Shown: positions 1 through 13,211 of the stretch, piece after piece | Layout: every line of letters begins with the position of its first letter | Position numbering within the stretch: position 1 is the first letter of the stretch | NCBI GenBank assembly: GCA_951406725.2 | Contig: OX597834.1 | Location: forward strand, 44,702,001-44,766,000 | Direction: 5' to 3' | Source of the DNA: Octopus vulgaris | Lineage: Eukaryota | Length of the DNA stretch: 64,000 nucleotides | Made by a program: the position numbers and the translations under genes | The notes under the pieces: model-generated | Databases searched by the model: none | Seen by the model: the letters and a program-made list of their open reading frames with translations, nothing else | Told to the model about the DNA's origin: nothing

Positions 1-1649
1 GCACACAAGTTTTTATAATTTAATGTCATATTGTTAATATAATTAACAAGGTAATTAGTTACTTCAATTACAATGTTGTCATCAACAGCAACTGGAGTAA
101 AGACGCGACATGTACACCAGTGTGGTTTAATAGTTGCTGCCTCACAAGAACGATTTAAAGGGACCTTTTTGAACAGGCTGATTCGTTTGAGATTTTTATA
201 GTCAATTTCATTAGATTTAGAACGTTCTGCTGCTTTTTCGATATCTAAGATATCTTGTAGGGTTTCATAGATATCAAAAGGTGTCGTTAGTCTGCGAGTG
301 TTTACTTTAAGATTATTCCATAATGTCGGGAATTTATCTCTGAACCATTCAGGTAGAAGGATGTACATAGCAGGAAGTCGTTCTTCCAGTCGCCCAACAT
401 AAGTCTTACGAAATGAACCAAATCTAATTCCATGATCAGAAAAGAAAAACAAAATGGTATTTTTGAGTAGATTTTGACTAAAAGATTTCTCAAGGATCCT
501 CAGATATTCAAGATCACCTCGTCCTGCTTCATTCATGTCATCATGTGAAACACGTGTAATAAATGTTAGGGAGAAATACGGTTTATCTTTATACACTCTA
601 ATGAAATCGTGTGTATATTGTAGAACTATCGCTGCTTCCATACGATTACCGAAACAATACCATTTATTTGACCAGAAGGAACGTTGTTCAGCCATTGCCA
701 GGGCAAATGGCCTGAAATAATGATCAGTCGGTTGTTTTTTAAAACCATATCTCAAATAGTTAAACGTTGCTCCAGATGGTAAATCTTCTGCAAACATAGT
801 TACGTAACCGGATTTATTGTAATGTTTCCAAAGTATATCGTGTTTGTCAAAAGGCTTCGACGCAGATTTATGTGGACCAAGTAGTTCTTCTACATACTTA
901 CCAGTAAGAAATGGCACCATATTGAGAAATGTATTATCAGCCACTTTATTGTAACCAAACATTTCAAATGCTCCATGCTTTAATAAAAACTGACGAGTTA
1001 GTGGCATTTGCCGTATGAAATTCAATCGGGAAACTGAATCAACTCCAATTAAAAGAACATTCAGTGAAAGCTTGTTTGTTAAAATCGTATTTTTATTTGG
1101 ATGTTTTGAAATTTTATGTTCAAGGATATATGTTGGATTCTTTTTCTCAAGCAGCGATTCCTTCCTTTGGACAAATGCATGGAAATTGGTGTAAATAATT
1201 TTATTGTCTCTATTAAAGCATTGAACTTTTATAAATTCATGAGATACATTCACGTCTGATTTAAACTGTAACGATTCGTCCATGTATTCGATATGATTGT
1301 CGTCAATATCCTTCCGCACAATTGGATATATTTTACACAACTGAAAATTGTTTTTATACTCCTGTTTGATGAGGGTTTTATTAATTCTTAAAACGTTATC
1401 CTCTTGGTACGTCAGAGAGGCAATACCCGGGCAGGGCCGCCATACGCTTTTTGAGAAATATTTATATACGGAAATGTCGAATGGATCAATGGCTGGAATC
1501 TGACATGCTGTCGAATAAACCAAGAATTCGTGGAGTGGTTTTGGTTCCGTTGGTTCGATGTCTTCAATATTCAAACTGTAAATCCACATAGCATACAGGA
1601 AAATAATGGCACCACAAAACAAAATTGTGATTCTTTTCCACTTAAACAT
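1..1649 (-). CDS. DUF229 family protein (alkaline phosphatase/sulfatase-like superfamily), type II membrane anchor; 3' end outside window
   Basis: Uninterrupted minus frame from ATG 1649 to the window edge (549 codons + 2 nt). MFKWKRITILFCGAIIFLYAMWIYSL is the TM segment, followed by CQIPAIDPFD, NVLLIGVDSVSRLNFIRQMP, GYNKVADNTFLNMVP, GYVTMFAED, GFKKQPTDHYFRP, FFFSDHGIRFG, EERLP, RLTTPFDIYETL and SCEAATIKPHWCTC. A pyrimidine-rich acceptor (tgtttcag) at 1683-1690 suggests an upstream non-coding exon. Absent from the ORF track because there is no stop in the window. Confidence 0.92.
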   Translation of the reverse strand, partial: MFKWKRITILFCGAIIFLYAMWIYSLNIEDIEPTEPKPLHEFLVYSTACQIPAIDPFDISVYKYFSKSVWRPCPGIASLTYQEDNVLRINKTLIKQEYKNNFQLCKIYPIVRKDIDDNHIEYMDESLQFKSDVNVSHEFIKVQCFNRDNKIIYTNFHAFVQRKESLLEKKNPTYILEHKISKHPNKNTILTNKLSLNVLLIGVDSVSRLNFIRQMPLTRQFLLKHGAFEMFGYNKVADNTFLNMVPFLTGKYVEELLGPHKSASKPFDKHDILWKHYNKSGYVTMFAEDLPSGATFNYLRYGFKKQPTDHYFRPFALAMAEQRSFWSNKWYCFGNRMEAAIVLQYTHDFIRVYKDKPYFSLTFITRVSHDDMNEAGRGDLEYLRILEKSFSQNLLKNTILFFFSDHGIRFGSFRKTYVGRLEERLPAMYILLPEWFRDKFPTLWNNLKVNTRRLTTPFDIYETLQDILDIEKAAERSKSNEIDYKNLKRISLFKKVPLNRSCEAATIKPHWCTCRVFTPVAVDDNIVIEVTNYLVNYINNMTLNYKNLC

Positions 1650-1776
1650 TCTTTTTTCTTTTTAGTTATTACCTCAGGAAATCTGAAACAGATAATTTCT
1701 TATTGTGAATTTTACTTAAAACAATGAAATAGATACTTACTCATATAACATAACTACACACACAGAGATACACTCA

Positions 1777-1822
<46 letters not shown>

Positions 1823-2020
1823 TACACTCACACATTTATTAACAAGTTGGCTCAACTTCATATGATTCAAAGTAATATTGGTAGAGATACGCTCCTACAA
1901 CGACCAACCTACAGAGTCGGACTGAACTAGTTATTAATTCCTTACAACTCACACGATATGCACATGTACGTATATGTATGTGTACATGTATGTTTGTATG
2001 CATGTATGTATGTATGTATG

Positions 2021-2369
<349 letters not shown>

Positions 2370-3087
2370 ACTCAGAACAATAAATTCAATGTTAAAAACC
2401 AGAACGCAAATACATTCTTTCTATGATGAAGAAATACGTAAAAAGAGAGGAGTTTCATTCCGGCCCATTTTACAAGTTGCTGACCATTCTTCTGGGATAT
2501 ATTCGTCTTCTTTTACCAGTTAAGAAAGAGTATGGATCAGTTGCTATATAAAGCAGTCATAAATTAGGCGAGGAGGGCCATAGTGGAGAGCCTATTTTGT
2601 GTGCAGGTACTTATGACGCTTAAACAAGCGGACCCTCAGAAGGTCCTCCCTTTTTTCTCGCTCATGTTAATATCATTATTTATTTTACTGTGGGTAAAGT
2701 ATATTCAATATTTACTTTTCGCTGATTCTTTGTAACATTTGAACGTATGTGGTCTCCTGTGCTCTACATAAAATTGTTATTTCCTTACTAGCACAGTATG
2801 CAAATAGGGATACTTTTCAACGTTGCTTGCCAGGTTTTGTATAGCAGCCGATTGATACAATAATGTAAGGAAGGAAGTACGGTACACCTTTCAAAGTTTC
2901 TAAGAAGTTATAAAAGAAACGCGAAACAGTCTGTCAAGAGACTCCTTTCTCTTTTTTCTTTATTTCGTACATCAGTATAGAATAAATGTGCCTACAATAT
3001 TATTGAACCTACACTAAAGCTTTGTAATATGTAACATTTTAAATTCTTCTGATTTTGTGCTAGTGTGTGCACAAAATAGATATTGTT

Positions 3088-3217
3088 AAGGAGCTTGCTT
3101 ACCAACCACATGGTCCCGGGTTCAGTCCCACTGCGTGGCACCTTCTACTATAGCGTCAGGCCGACCAAAGCCTTGTGAGTGGATTTGGTAGACAGAAACT
3201 AAAAGAAGCCCGTCGTA

Positions 3218-3261
<44 letters not shown>

Positions 3262-3490
3262 TGTGTGTGTTTGTGTGTCTGTGTTTGTCTCCCTAGCATT
3301 GCTTGACAACCGATGCTGCTGTATTTATGTCCCCGTTACCTAGCGGTTCGGCAAAAGAGACCGATAGAATAAGTACTGGGCTTACAAAAGAATAAGTTCC
3401 GGGGTCGATTGCTCGATTAAAGGAGGTGCTCCAGCATGGCCGCAGCCAAATGACTGAAACAAGTAAAAGAGTAAAAAGAAGTAAAGAGTA
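3088..3490 (+). mobile_element. tRNA-derived SINE (cephalopod type); 3' half duplicated at ~5180-5412
   Basis: B-box-like ggttcagtccc, internal (TA)n/(TG)n and AAAGAGT-type tail; the same head recurs at 37378-37480. Confidence 0.8.
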
Positions 3491-4326
3491 TACAGAACCA
3501 CATCATTACACCTAATACGCAATCAATCAGAACAGAAATTGAAGAAACTGAATAGTGGCTGCCAAAGAGAAAAGACCCCGTGGTATAGTTACGTTGTTTC
3601 TTCTGTTGTTCTTACTGCAGCAAACGCTACATTCTTCCGATAGTGCAGATGAATCAGATGACCCCAGACTGTCAATTACGATGAAGTCAGCTGAGACAAA
3701 AGGATTGGAGACATTGAAGAGGAACACGCCACAGCTTGACATATGAAATCATGGGGAAATGCTGTTACAATATCAATTTGAAAGCACAATATGCGCGGGC
3801 GCGTGTATGTGTGTGTGTGTGTGATATGTATGTATATATGTATGCATCTCTCTCTTTCTTTCTCCATCTCTGTCACTTTCTTTCTCACAAAACACAAACG
3901 ACTCGCATCAGAATCAGCAGGGGCAACCGACCAGGGAACCGCGCGTGCACTGTTTCCATTGCTGTATAAATCATCTGATCCACACTTTTGCCAGAGAAAT
4001 TGGAGGAAGAAACAGTGTACGTCTTCTCTGCAGAGACAACCCAGAGAATGAGATGCGAGAGAGTGATTTTATGTACATGGGTCAATATTTGTGCTATGAA
4101 GGACTTATGATTCTTGGTGTTTACGTTGGATGTGTCTGACACTGCGAGGATAGAATTGTGTGATATTGATTTTAAAACAGGGTATGATCCTAGTTTGGTA
4201 TAAATTTGTTAAATCAAAAAATTGGGGTAATAAAACATACAATAACATATTAAAAAGACGAATTGAAATTCCAGAGAAAAATACATAGAAGATAAATACA
4301 CAAATTTACAAAAATACATAAAAGTT

Positions 4327-4408
4327 CATCTACGGGTCGTTTCGGAGATGCACCAATTAATATGAAACATATCATATATTTAAAATTGACACTCCCCTCG
4401 TCAGGATG
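4327..4408 (-). ncRNA. Type I hammerhead ribozyme motif (Penelope-associated), intact core
   Basis: Minus strand reads CATC-CTGACGA-GGGGA...TCTCC-GAAA-CG acc CG-TA-GATG. Stem I CATC/GATG, long stem II, short stem III, GUA cleavage triplet. Confidence 0.7.
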
Positions 4409-4769
4409 TTTTTTACACACAACACGTAAATAATACCCGGAAACAAATGCACAATTACATACCTGCTACATGCGAAAGACCAGACATTACGTACTCCCAA
4501 AAATTCTCATAGATACTGAATGCTACTTTATAAGCATATAATTCAATCTAGCAGCTATAGTAAATGGTATGCGCACAGCTCCATCTGGACTAAATCACTT
4601 CTGCACTCAATTAAATTTTTCATCTTCTAATTTCTCCCATTCATGCAAAGCCACATATTCGAGTTCAAGTCCTTAATACATTTTATACTAATTGCTATTT
4701 TTTCTTTTAATTTTTATATTACGATTTAATTACCATTTTAATAAAATAAAATATATTTAATTACTACTT

Positions 4770-4950
4770 ACTATATCTTTATATATAAAACTGAAGTTGT
4801 GTGTGTGAGAGTCTGTCTCCTCCGATTTAGATTCCTAACGACTCCCACATTTTGCGGTGCAGTTTAACCAAAAGCGGATATCTTATAGTCGTGATTCATA
4901 TCGAGCCTTTCTGGGTATTAGCGCGCGTCTACGATAAGTCTACGATGATA
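4770..4950 (+). mobile_element. Non-autonomous Helitron 5' fragment
   Basis: Matches the 5' half of the complete element at 48011-48409 (tatatataaaa...gtctcct.cgatttagattcctaac...gcgcgcgtctacg). Confidence 0.75.
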
Positions 4951-4957
4951 AAAAAAA

Positions 4958-4995
4958 CTGTCCGATGAACGGCAACGTGAAACTCAGAGTAACAG
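4958..4995 (+). ncRNA. Minimal hammerhead-like motif (U4C core variant)
   Basis: CTGT-CCGATGA-ACG gcaa CGT-GAA-ACTC a GAGT-A-ACAG; a decayed relative lies at 42557-42592. Confidence 0.55.
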
Positions 4996-5101
4996 GTTTT
5001 GTTGAATTTTCTGCTGCTTTAAATAAAGCATATTAATCTACCACTGGTATTTGAGTACTCTTTCTTCCACCTTGTTTCACATTTATGTGTTTACTCTGGT
5101 C

Positions 5102-5179
<78 letters not shown>

Positions 5180-5653
5180 TATGCGTGTGTGTGTTTGTGT
5201 GTCTGTGTTTGTCCCCCTAGCATTGCTTGACAACCGATGCTGCTGTATTTATGTCCCCGTTACTTAGCGGTTCGGCAAAAGAACCCGATAGAATAAGTAC
5301 TGGGCTTACAAAAGAATAAGTCCCGGGGTCGATTGCTCGATTAAAGGAGGTGCTCCAGCATGGCCGCAGCCAAATGACTGAAACAAGTAAAAGAGTAAAA
5401 AGGAGTAAAGAGTATACAGAACCACATCATTACACCTAATATGCAAACAATCAGAACAGAAATTGAAGAAACTGAATAGTGGCTGCCAAAGAGAAAAGAC
5501 CCCGTGGTATAGTTACGTTGTTTCTTCTGTTGTTCTTACTGCAGCAAACGCTACATTCTTCCGATAGTGCAGATGAATCAGATGACCCCAGACTGTCAAT
5601 TACGATGAAGTCAGCTGAGACAAAAGGATTGGAGACAGTGAAGAGGAACACTG

Positions 5654-5686
<33 letters not shown>

Positions 5687-7274
5687 GCATCTCTCTTTTT
5701 CTTTCTCCATCTCTTTCTCTTTCCCTCTCACAAAACACAAACGACTCGCATCAGAATCAGCAAAGGCACACGGCCAGGGAACCGCGCGTGCAGTTTCCAT
5801 TCTGGAAATATGCGAATGTTGTACGTATTACTTTGTAGGAGCAGTACGGACGGAAGCAATAATTGAACAGCAACCTTCTGTTTCGAACATTGCATGTAGA
5901 ATCGTAAGTGGGATGTATTAGCTACGCGAAACACAGAAGTAAATCATACCAGCACTCAAAACCACTGCAAACTGCAAACGATCCGCGGTATCCCATCACT
6001 GCGACACCGCCACAAATGCCAGACCAGTGTCCACTACTGACACACCACATGTCTCACCAGTCTTACTGCAGGATGTCAGAAGTCTTGTGAAACCTACAAA
6101 CCAGTTCAATCTTCCATACCGGAGAGACCAAGGCACATATAATCAAACAAATGCAAAACGTAACAGAAGCGCACCTGGTAGCTGACAGAGCAGGTGCCAA
6201 AATACCGATACGAACGTAAATTTATTTCGGATTGGTAGGTGCTTTTTCAGCCTTATAAGGAAGATTAAATTTTGTAAGGTTACCGAAGCTACTTTGTTAA
6301 ACAAATAACTCAGTGAAAATTTTTGTGCAGTCTAACAAAACAGTTACTTGCATGCCGTGGACAGATTTATACAACATGCTTCTCTCCAATAGCATCACAG
6401 ATACATTGTACTTTATACAAATAGATGAATCTCGAAGTAAGAAAAATCGCAGCCAGTCTTAATGTCAGTGATCAAGAATATTTTAGATTCATTTCTCAAC
6501 AGTATTAGTAGAGTTATAGAATTCTCCTTATGGCATAACATTATGTCTGCTATAGACGTGTTTGGGGGTATTAACGATAAGTATAACTGTAAGTGTACTA
6601 GGTTCGATATTCTGATTTTTACCCGTCCCTAATAATGTCTCAACTGCTACAGGTAATATATTTTGCTAAATAATATATACCAAACATCAACTCAGATGTC
6701 CCCACCTGCATCAGAGGGAATTGAGACGCCTGTTCGATGAGCCGGTGTGTGCGTTCCACGGAGCAGAACTGTATGGTGATAAATGTCGATATTTGGCACC
6801 ATTTTTGGCACCATTTTTATGTTCCATACCCTTTAAATACAGGTCTATTTAAATACAATAGAAGATTCCCAGAAAAATTCCTCTATGTCGATAGTGGGAG
6901 CAACTCCAGAAAGACCCGTAGAACTAGAATTAGAAAGGTTTTTGTAATTTAACATTCAGCATTAATTGACTAATTAAAAGATTTGTATATAAAGCTAAGA
7001 CACAGATTCACAACCTCTCTGCATATACAAGATTTCCCAACTACCGGGAGGAATATCGATGTTGCACGGACAACGGCCAGACCAAGAAAGAAAGAACAGG
7101 CATAGCCGAATGCCGGTCACGTGGGAAGAGAAGAGAAAGAGTAGAAGCAGAGGGACAGAAGAGTTAAGGAGGGGCGAGAAAAAATGACAGGAACACAGTG
7201 AACTGAAAAGTAGATGGAAAGTGGGCAAGAAGAGAAGGCAAAGATATGTGAGAGAAGAGGAACGAAAGAACGAA

Positions 7275-7345
<71 letters not shown>

Positions 7346-7563
7346 AAAAAGGAGATGTAGAACACGAGTTGTGATATATAAAAAAAGGAAATGAAGAAAA
7401 TGCTGACAAAATAATTTAAGTAAGGGAGAGTGTATTTAATTAGGTGAAAGTTCTTTTTACCGGTTGCGCATTTGTTATGCTTATCAAAAGATAGAGTTCC
7501 TTTCTGATTGATTTTTTTCTCTTATCTTATATATATATATATATATACAGTTAGTTAGATACA

Positions 7564-7655
<92 letters not shown>

Positions 7656-8431
7656 AGTTAGATACATACATATAAAATATATTATATAACGTGTCGTAAA
7701 ACCTGTGTAATTTTCTGATTGCTGGTAAATATTCTTAATACATTTGAATGCTGAGAGACTCGATTCATCGACCGCTTATTGTCTCAATCTGAACCTTGAG
7801 TAATTTTACATAATTCCGTTCTGATGGAAACTTTCTTTCCAAGTCTACATTAATCTTAGCCTTTTCTCACAATGAATTTGAAGGCACTTAGAAGACACGT
7901 AGTTGTCGCCATCCCGTTTTCAAACCCATCATGAAAAAAAAAACCAACATAAAATAGATTGGAACTCTTTATATGCTTACCTGATTGGAAAGAATTTCTT
8001 CAGTCGGAGTATTCTCTCTCAAAATATTCTACCTCTGCAAAGCTGTCAGTTCAGTTCTCAAAAACAGTCTGTATAAATGCGTTATATCTTATAATTTCTC
8101 TCTGTGTATTGATCGGTTATTTCAACAGAGCAGCTGCAATCATAGCGTAAAATAAAAATTATTAAATAGGTCACATAAAAATGTTATACTAATTTAAAAT
8201 CCTCATGATTCCCGTAGCATTTTTACCGGTCTTTATGTGCATTGCAAACTTTTATTATAATTACAAAGCGGGATTTGAGCATTATTCATGCTTTGTCTAT
8301 ATTCAGCATATTATTTTTCACTAAAAGCTAAATGACATATTTTGTTAAAATTTGCTCTCATAGGTTTTTTTTTTTTTCAGGTGAAGGAACTTTAATGAAT
8401 TAAAGGCTAAAGTTGAATGAGCTTCAGTTCG

Positions 8432-8785
8432 TGGCACTCCGTCGGTTTCGACGACGCGGGTTCCAGTTGATCCGATCAACGGAACAGCCTGCTCGTGAAA
8501 TTAATGGGCAAGTGGCCGAGCACTCCACAGACACGTGTATCCTTAACGTAGTTCTCGGGGAGATTCAGCGTGACACAGAGTGTGACAAGGCTGGTCCTTT
8601 GAAATACAGTTACAACAGAAACAGGAAGAAAGGGGGAAAGTTGTGGTGAAAGAGTACAGCAGGGTTCGTCGAGCTTTAGGTGTTTTTCGTTCAATAAATA
8701 CTCACAACGTCCGGTGTGGAAATCGAAACCGCCATCTTACGATCGCGAGTCCGCTGCCCTAACCACTGGGCCATTGCGTGTCCAC
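8432..8785 (-). mobile_element. tRNA-derived SINE (tRNA-Arg-like head)
   Basis: Minus head gcaatggcccagtggttagggcagcggactcgcg...ggtttcgatt carries A and B boxes; same family as 40480-40790. Confidence 0.85.
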
Positions 8786-8929
8786 AACCGTTAACAAACA
8801 AAAGCTACCACCATCCGCACAACCAACACCACTACAACCCCACTTCACCCAAAAAGAAAGCTTTCTGAAGAACTGATAAATTTACAGACCCCGAATTTTA
8901 TCCTAATTAGGGGAGCTAATAAAGATCTT

Positions 8930-11478
8930 ATGGCCCTCATATCTGGAAATAAAGAGATTGAGGAAGAAGGAGCAATACACGACACGAGCACACTGGAAGA
9001 GCAGTTGTTAGTGTATTACCCACTAACAACATCCACAATCATTCAGGAGGTCTTCCTCTACAATGAGAGATCCCCCAATATAATAGCTCCCAAAATACTT
9101 TTAAAGGGACTCTCAGTGAAATTACAATCAGATCTGGGGGCCAGACAATCCGGCTGCTAACAGCGCCGGCATTATTAGTAGCCTCGCTCTTTTTCGTTCT
9201 CGCAAATCTTTCCGGCTGGTATGGCGATGACTAGAGTGGGTTGTGTAAATGTTCGTGGTCTAGGGTCACCTTGGAAGCAAGGGCGCCTCCTCAACGACCT
9301 GAGGTCTCTAGCCATGGACATCAGCAAAACCAAGATTTCTGACTCGCGATCTAGCCCCTATTTGAGGTCTACGCCTCTCTTAGTCACCCTGGAATATGAG
9401 GCAAGTTGACAGTGCTGTTTAGGAAAGGCCTGAATATTGAGGTTCGAATGATCTACTGGACCCGGATGGTAAGCTGGTGGTCCTGGATGTAAGAAATATC
9501 GAAGGTGGTGCTTTTAGACTAATCACTAATTACGCTCCAACTGTGGCGTGACAGTCGGATTTCTTCAGATGCCCGGAGGTATTTCTTGAGATGTCACGCT
9601 CATTAGAGCTAGTGAGCTATTGACTGGATTGTTGCAATGCATCACAGCACCTGCTTGGTGGTCAAAGTAATATCCTATTTTTCGGAACCGTTTAGTATTG
9701 CACATTCAGTCCGTCAGGGCTGCCCGCTGTCACCTCTTCTGTATGTGCTGGTTCTCGAGCCACTGTTGCGGAAGTTGTAACAGTTAAGATGTCTCCCTTT
9801 CGAAATTGGACTCGGGAGGGCAGTATCGAGGTACGCGGACGACATCGGGGTCATGAAGGCACCGTCATGGGGTTGGATGCCTTCGAGGTGGAAACGGTCG
9901 GCTCCATTGTAAAGGAATATGAGTCGGTGGCAGGGGGCTAAAATCAATACCGACAAGTTGGTGGGATTGCGACTGGGTACCGGGAGAAGCAGATTAGTGC
10001 CATCGGACGACGTTGTCGGACGCTGGACTGACGGACCAGTTAAACTGCTGAGGATCTGGTTTGGTCCCGACCTCCAGGTGGATAAGGATCGGGAAGAAGT
10101 GACGGATAGGTTGGCCTGCCTTATCCAGAAATGTGCAGAGAAAAAGTTGTCCCTAAAAGATCGAGTAGAGGTGGCGAATGACTATATCGCCTCTGTCATT
10201 TTTTATCGTCTGACCGTCTTGCCATGCCCCAGTTAATTCTTGATCAGATTGGATCGTATCCTGTTTCTTTTCTTGTGGAAGGGACGCGTTCCAATGGTAA
10301 GGTTGTTGCTCTGATGTCAACTCCCTCTGCATGGCGGCTTAGGCGTACTCAGGTTGCACAACCTGAGTACTCAGTCGTACTCATGTTGCAACGCGTACTC
10401 AGGTTGCACGACCTGCAACGATTCTAGAAGGTGAAAGTGTGAGGCCTCCGTTTGTGAGACACGCCTTTCTGCAGCTCGTCACCTTGACGGAACTGCAGTT
10501 CTTGGTGAAGGATGGGCCGAGAGTTGGGGTCTGGCACTTGGAATGACGTCGGACGCTCACTGTCCTCTACAAGTCTGGCAATAGGATCGGTGGATATTCA
10601 AATTTAGATATTTACAGAGGATTAGCAGCGGTGAAGTGCGACGGCTTCCCCTGAGAGACCTTAGGCGTCGACGAAGACGAACTGGCAGCTGTATTCCGAG
10701 GTCTTTCCGGTCAGGGACTGTTATGGATAATTTCCCGAAGTCTTTGGCCTGGCAGTGCTACCGGTTCGAAATAAATTCTACAGGCACGGATGTGCAGACA
10801 GACGGGATTTTCCGAGTTGCTCGCACTTATGCGCTCGTTCAGTGTCCGGGCATTGCTGTCTTGTGGAGTTATCTCGGACAGCAGCTGACGCGTGTGGGAC
10901 GGATCCGTCTGTCATCCGAGTCCATAATGAAGATTGCCTCGCCGCTCTCCTTTAATCGGCAGGCAAGGTAGTTTTCCTTTGTCTGGCGTTGTGGCGAAAG
11001 AGGTTGTCTGTTGGACGAAGCTGAAAGGAATGAGGACAGATACATCCCCCTTTGATAAAGCTCTCATGGGTTTTTTTCAGGTTTTTCTTGAAAAAGGAAG
11101 TGAGTCTGAAGAGAGAGGTTATGAAAAGATGGGTAGAAGTTGCGAAAACGACAAGAGTGGGTGGTGCCCCTCTCAGTATAGTCCCGTGAACCGGAGGAAT
11201 GGAGGTTGAGGGTGTTTCCCTCCTTGGTACACAGGGGGATCTTGGATGGCTGGAGTCCTCGATTATCCCTAGAGGTTCTCCTGTATCAGGAGGATCCCAT
11301 AATTATTACTCTTCTTTTTTCTAGTGTCGCATGCTATTTATGCTTTTCTTTTCCTAATGTATTCCGTGTATTCACTTTTTTCTTTTAATGACCCCGTTCT
11401 GTCATATGTAAACCCCAACAATTTATGTCTGTCTTTATATTGTACTCCTCATTCTTCACCCCCGTGGCAAATAAAATA
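8930..11478 (+). mobile_element. Old degenerate Tx1/L1-clade LINE
   Basis: Fragments of endonuclease (VGCVNVRGLGSPWKQGRLLNDL), RT (SVRQGCPLSPLLYVL, YADD, GAKINTDK, DGPVKLL) and C-terminus (MDNFPKSLAWQCYR); 3' end gtggcaaataaaa runs into (ATC)n. Confidence 0.88.
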
Positions 11479-11515
11479 TGTCATCATCATCATCATCATC
11501 ACCATCATCATCATC

Positions 11516-11559
<44 letters not shown>

Positions 11560-12904
11560 AAGACGTAGTTGTAGTAGTAGTAGTATCATCATTATTATTA
11601 TTATATATTTAGCTTTTGTCTTTTATTTATACAAGTTGACTCCAAGTCTCACCCACAGAGACAACAAGATAGAAATTTCAAGACGGTATTATGACTAGGG
11701 TATCAAATATTTGCTTTTGCGTGGAGTATTGTTCTGGAAAGTGTCTGTCAACATATAAGAAAATTAAAAGTTTGTTTTAAAAAGTAATTGGTAAGACGAT
11801 AGTTTGATTGTAATATGACAGTAAACGGTGTTGGCTATTATGAACGTTTAAATTACTTTCGATAACGTTTACATCTTAAAATGTTTTCGGAATTACATAG
11901 ACAATATTTTTCTTAGGATATGAGCAGTTCTCATGAGCACTTTTTTAGAATTTCTTCTATTTTTTGATGCGTGTATATGTGTGTATAATGCGTGTATATG
12001 TGTGTATAAATGCAACATAACCCTCACTTAAGTACTTCCCCAACCAATCACCCCACTTGTTTAATTAACCTGATTCTTCATCTTCTCTTTCTCCAAGTGT
12101 TTTTCTTTCAATTCTTCTCTTCCTCCCCTTCTAGACCCCCATTTTAAATGATTTTATTGTCTCTTATTTTCAGCTTAACCATCAAAATATCAATGGCTTT
12201 ACATCTCTTCATCTGGCCTGTTCTCACGCAGTGGCTGAAAATGGTGACACACCTCTACATTGGGCTGATCAAATGTAGGTCCCCAGTGAGCTGAGATATC
12301 CATATCTGTGACCTTTATGGTTTCATTAAGTCATTCAGGTCTTAATCCCATCATTGATTGTTCTACTTTCTTCCACACTGAAATCCCGATACTGAAATCT
12401 CCTTCATTAATTATTAATCACCATAATTATTATTACTTTTCTTACTTGACTAGATTCTTTACTTCATCTCATCGTCCATTACCTTAACGTTACAAGTTCA
12501 AATCCACTCTCCTTTTGATTCCATGTAAAAAAAACCTCCCTTCTTTCTTTTCATTTCTTTCTCTTTGCCTCCCTCTCTCTCTCTCTTTCTCTCTCCTAAT
12601 GTCCCACTTTTCTCTGACTCTAGAATTTACTTTTGTCTCTTTATGTTCTAAGTTCAAATCCTATCAGAGTGTCTATTGTCACTCTGGGGCTAATGTAATC
12701 TGTACTAGTAATATCCAGGGGCTCATTTAATACAGCATCCCTACTCTGCTGTTTAAATTTGATTAGTAATTACTATTAGTAAGTTATTAGTATTAAGACA
12801 AATTATTTTCCATTGAGTTTTATAGGGAATTATTCTAAATAAATTGATAACATACCTTACCTAGCTTTGGGTACGATAACTGGGCGTAAAATTATATATG
12901 ACGC

Positions 12905-13211
12905 AAATTGTTGTTTGCTCCTTCTCGAGCCATCTCTGGCTCATTAGGGACGGTTTCCTGGTTTCCTTGGTGTATAGGTTCTCCACCTGGACGGGACGCC
13001 GGTCCGACGCAGGTGAGCTGCAAGATGCAGGAGGAAAGAGTGAGAGAAAGTTGTGGCGAAAGAGTCAGCAGAAGTTCGCCATTACCTTCTGCCGGAGCTG
13101 CGTGGAGCTTATGTGTTTTCGCACATAAACACACACATCACCCGGTCTGAGATTCGAATCCGCGATACCTCGACCGCGAGTCCGCTACTCTAACCACTAG
13201 GCCATATGCCT
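12905..13211 (-). mobile_element. tRNA-derived SINE
   Basis: Minus head ggcatatggcctagtggttagagtagcggactcgcggtcgagg...ggattcgaatc. Confidence 0.82.

Larger units (their letters stand above)
3525..6190 (+). pseudogene. Degenerate Gypsy-type pol/integrase remnants, locally duplicated (3257-3960 vs 5181-5800)
   Basis: Frameshifted fragments KLNSGCQREK, LTAANATFFR, QLRQK/GLETLKR/HMKSWGNA (integrase Zn-binding region) and HQNQQRHTAREPRVQFPFW, plus a Pro/Thr-rich tail ending KRNRSAP. Confidence 0.45.

Noticed and set aside
3555-5838. Duplicated ORFs MAAKEKRPRGIVTLFLLLFLLQQTLHSS resembling a signal peptide
   Set aside because: GTG start and no splice or promoter support; neighbouring frames look like decayed Gypsy pol/integrase in a local duplication
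8740-8785. tRNA genes at SINE heads (also 13150-13211 and 40480-40545)
   Set aside because: They continue into SINE bodies, with no complete cloverleaf or terminator
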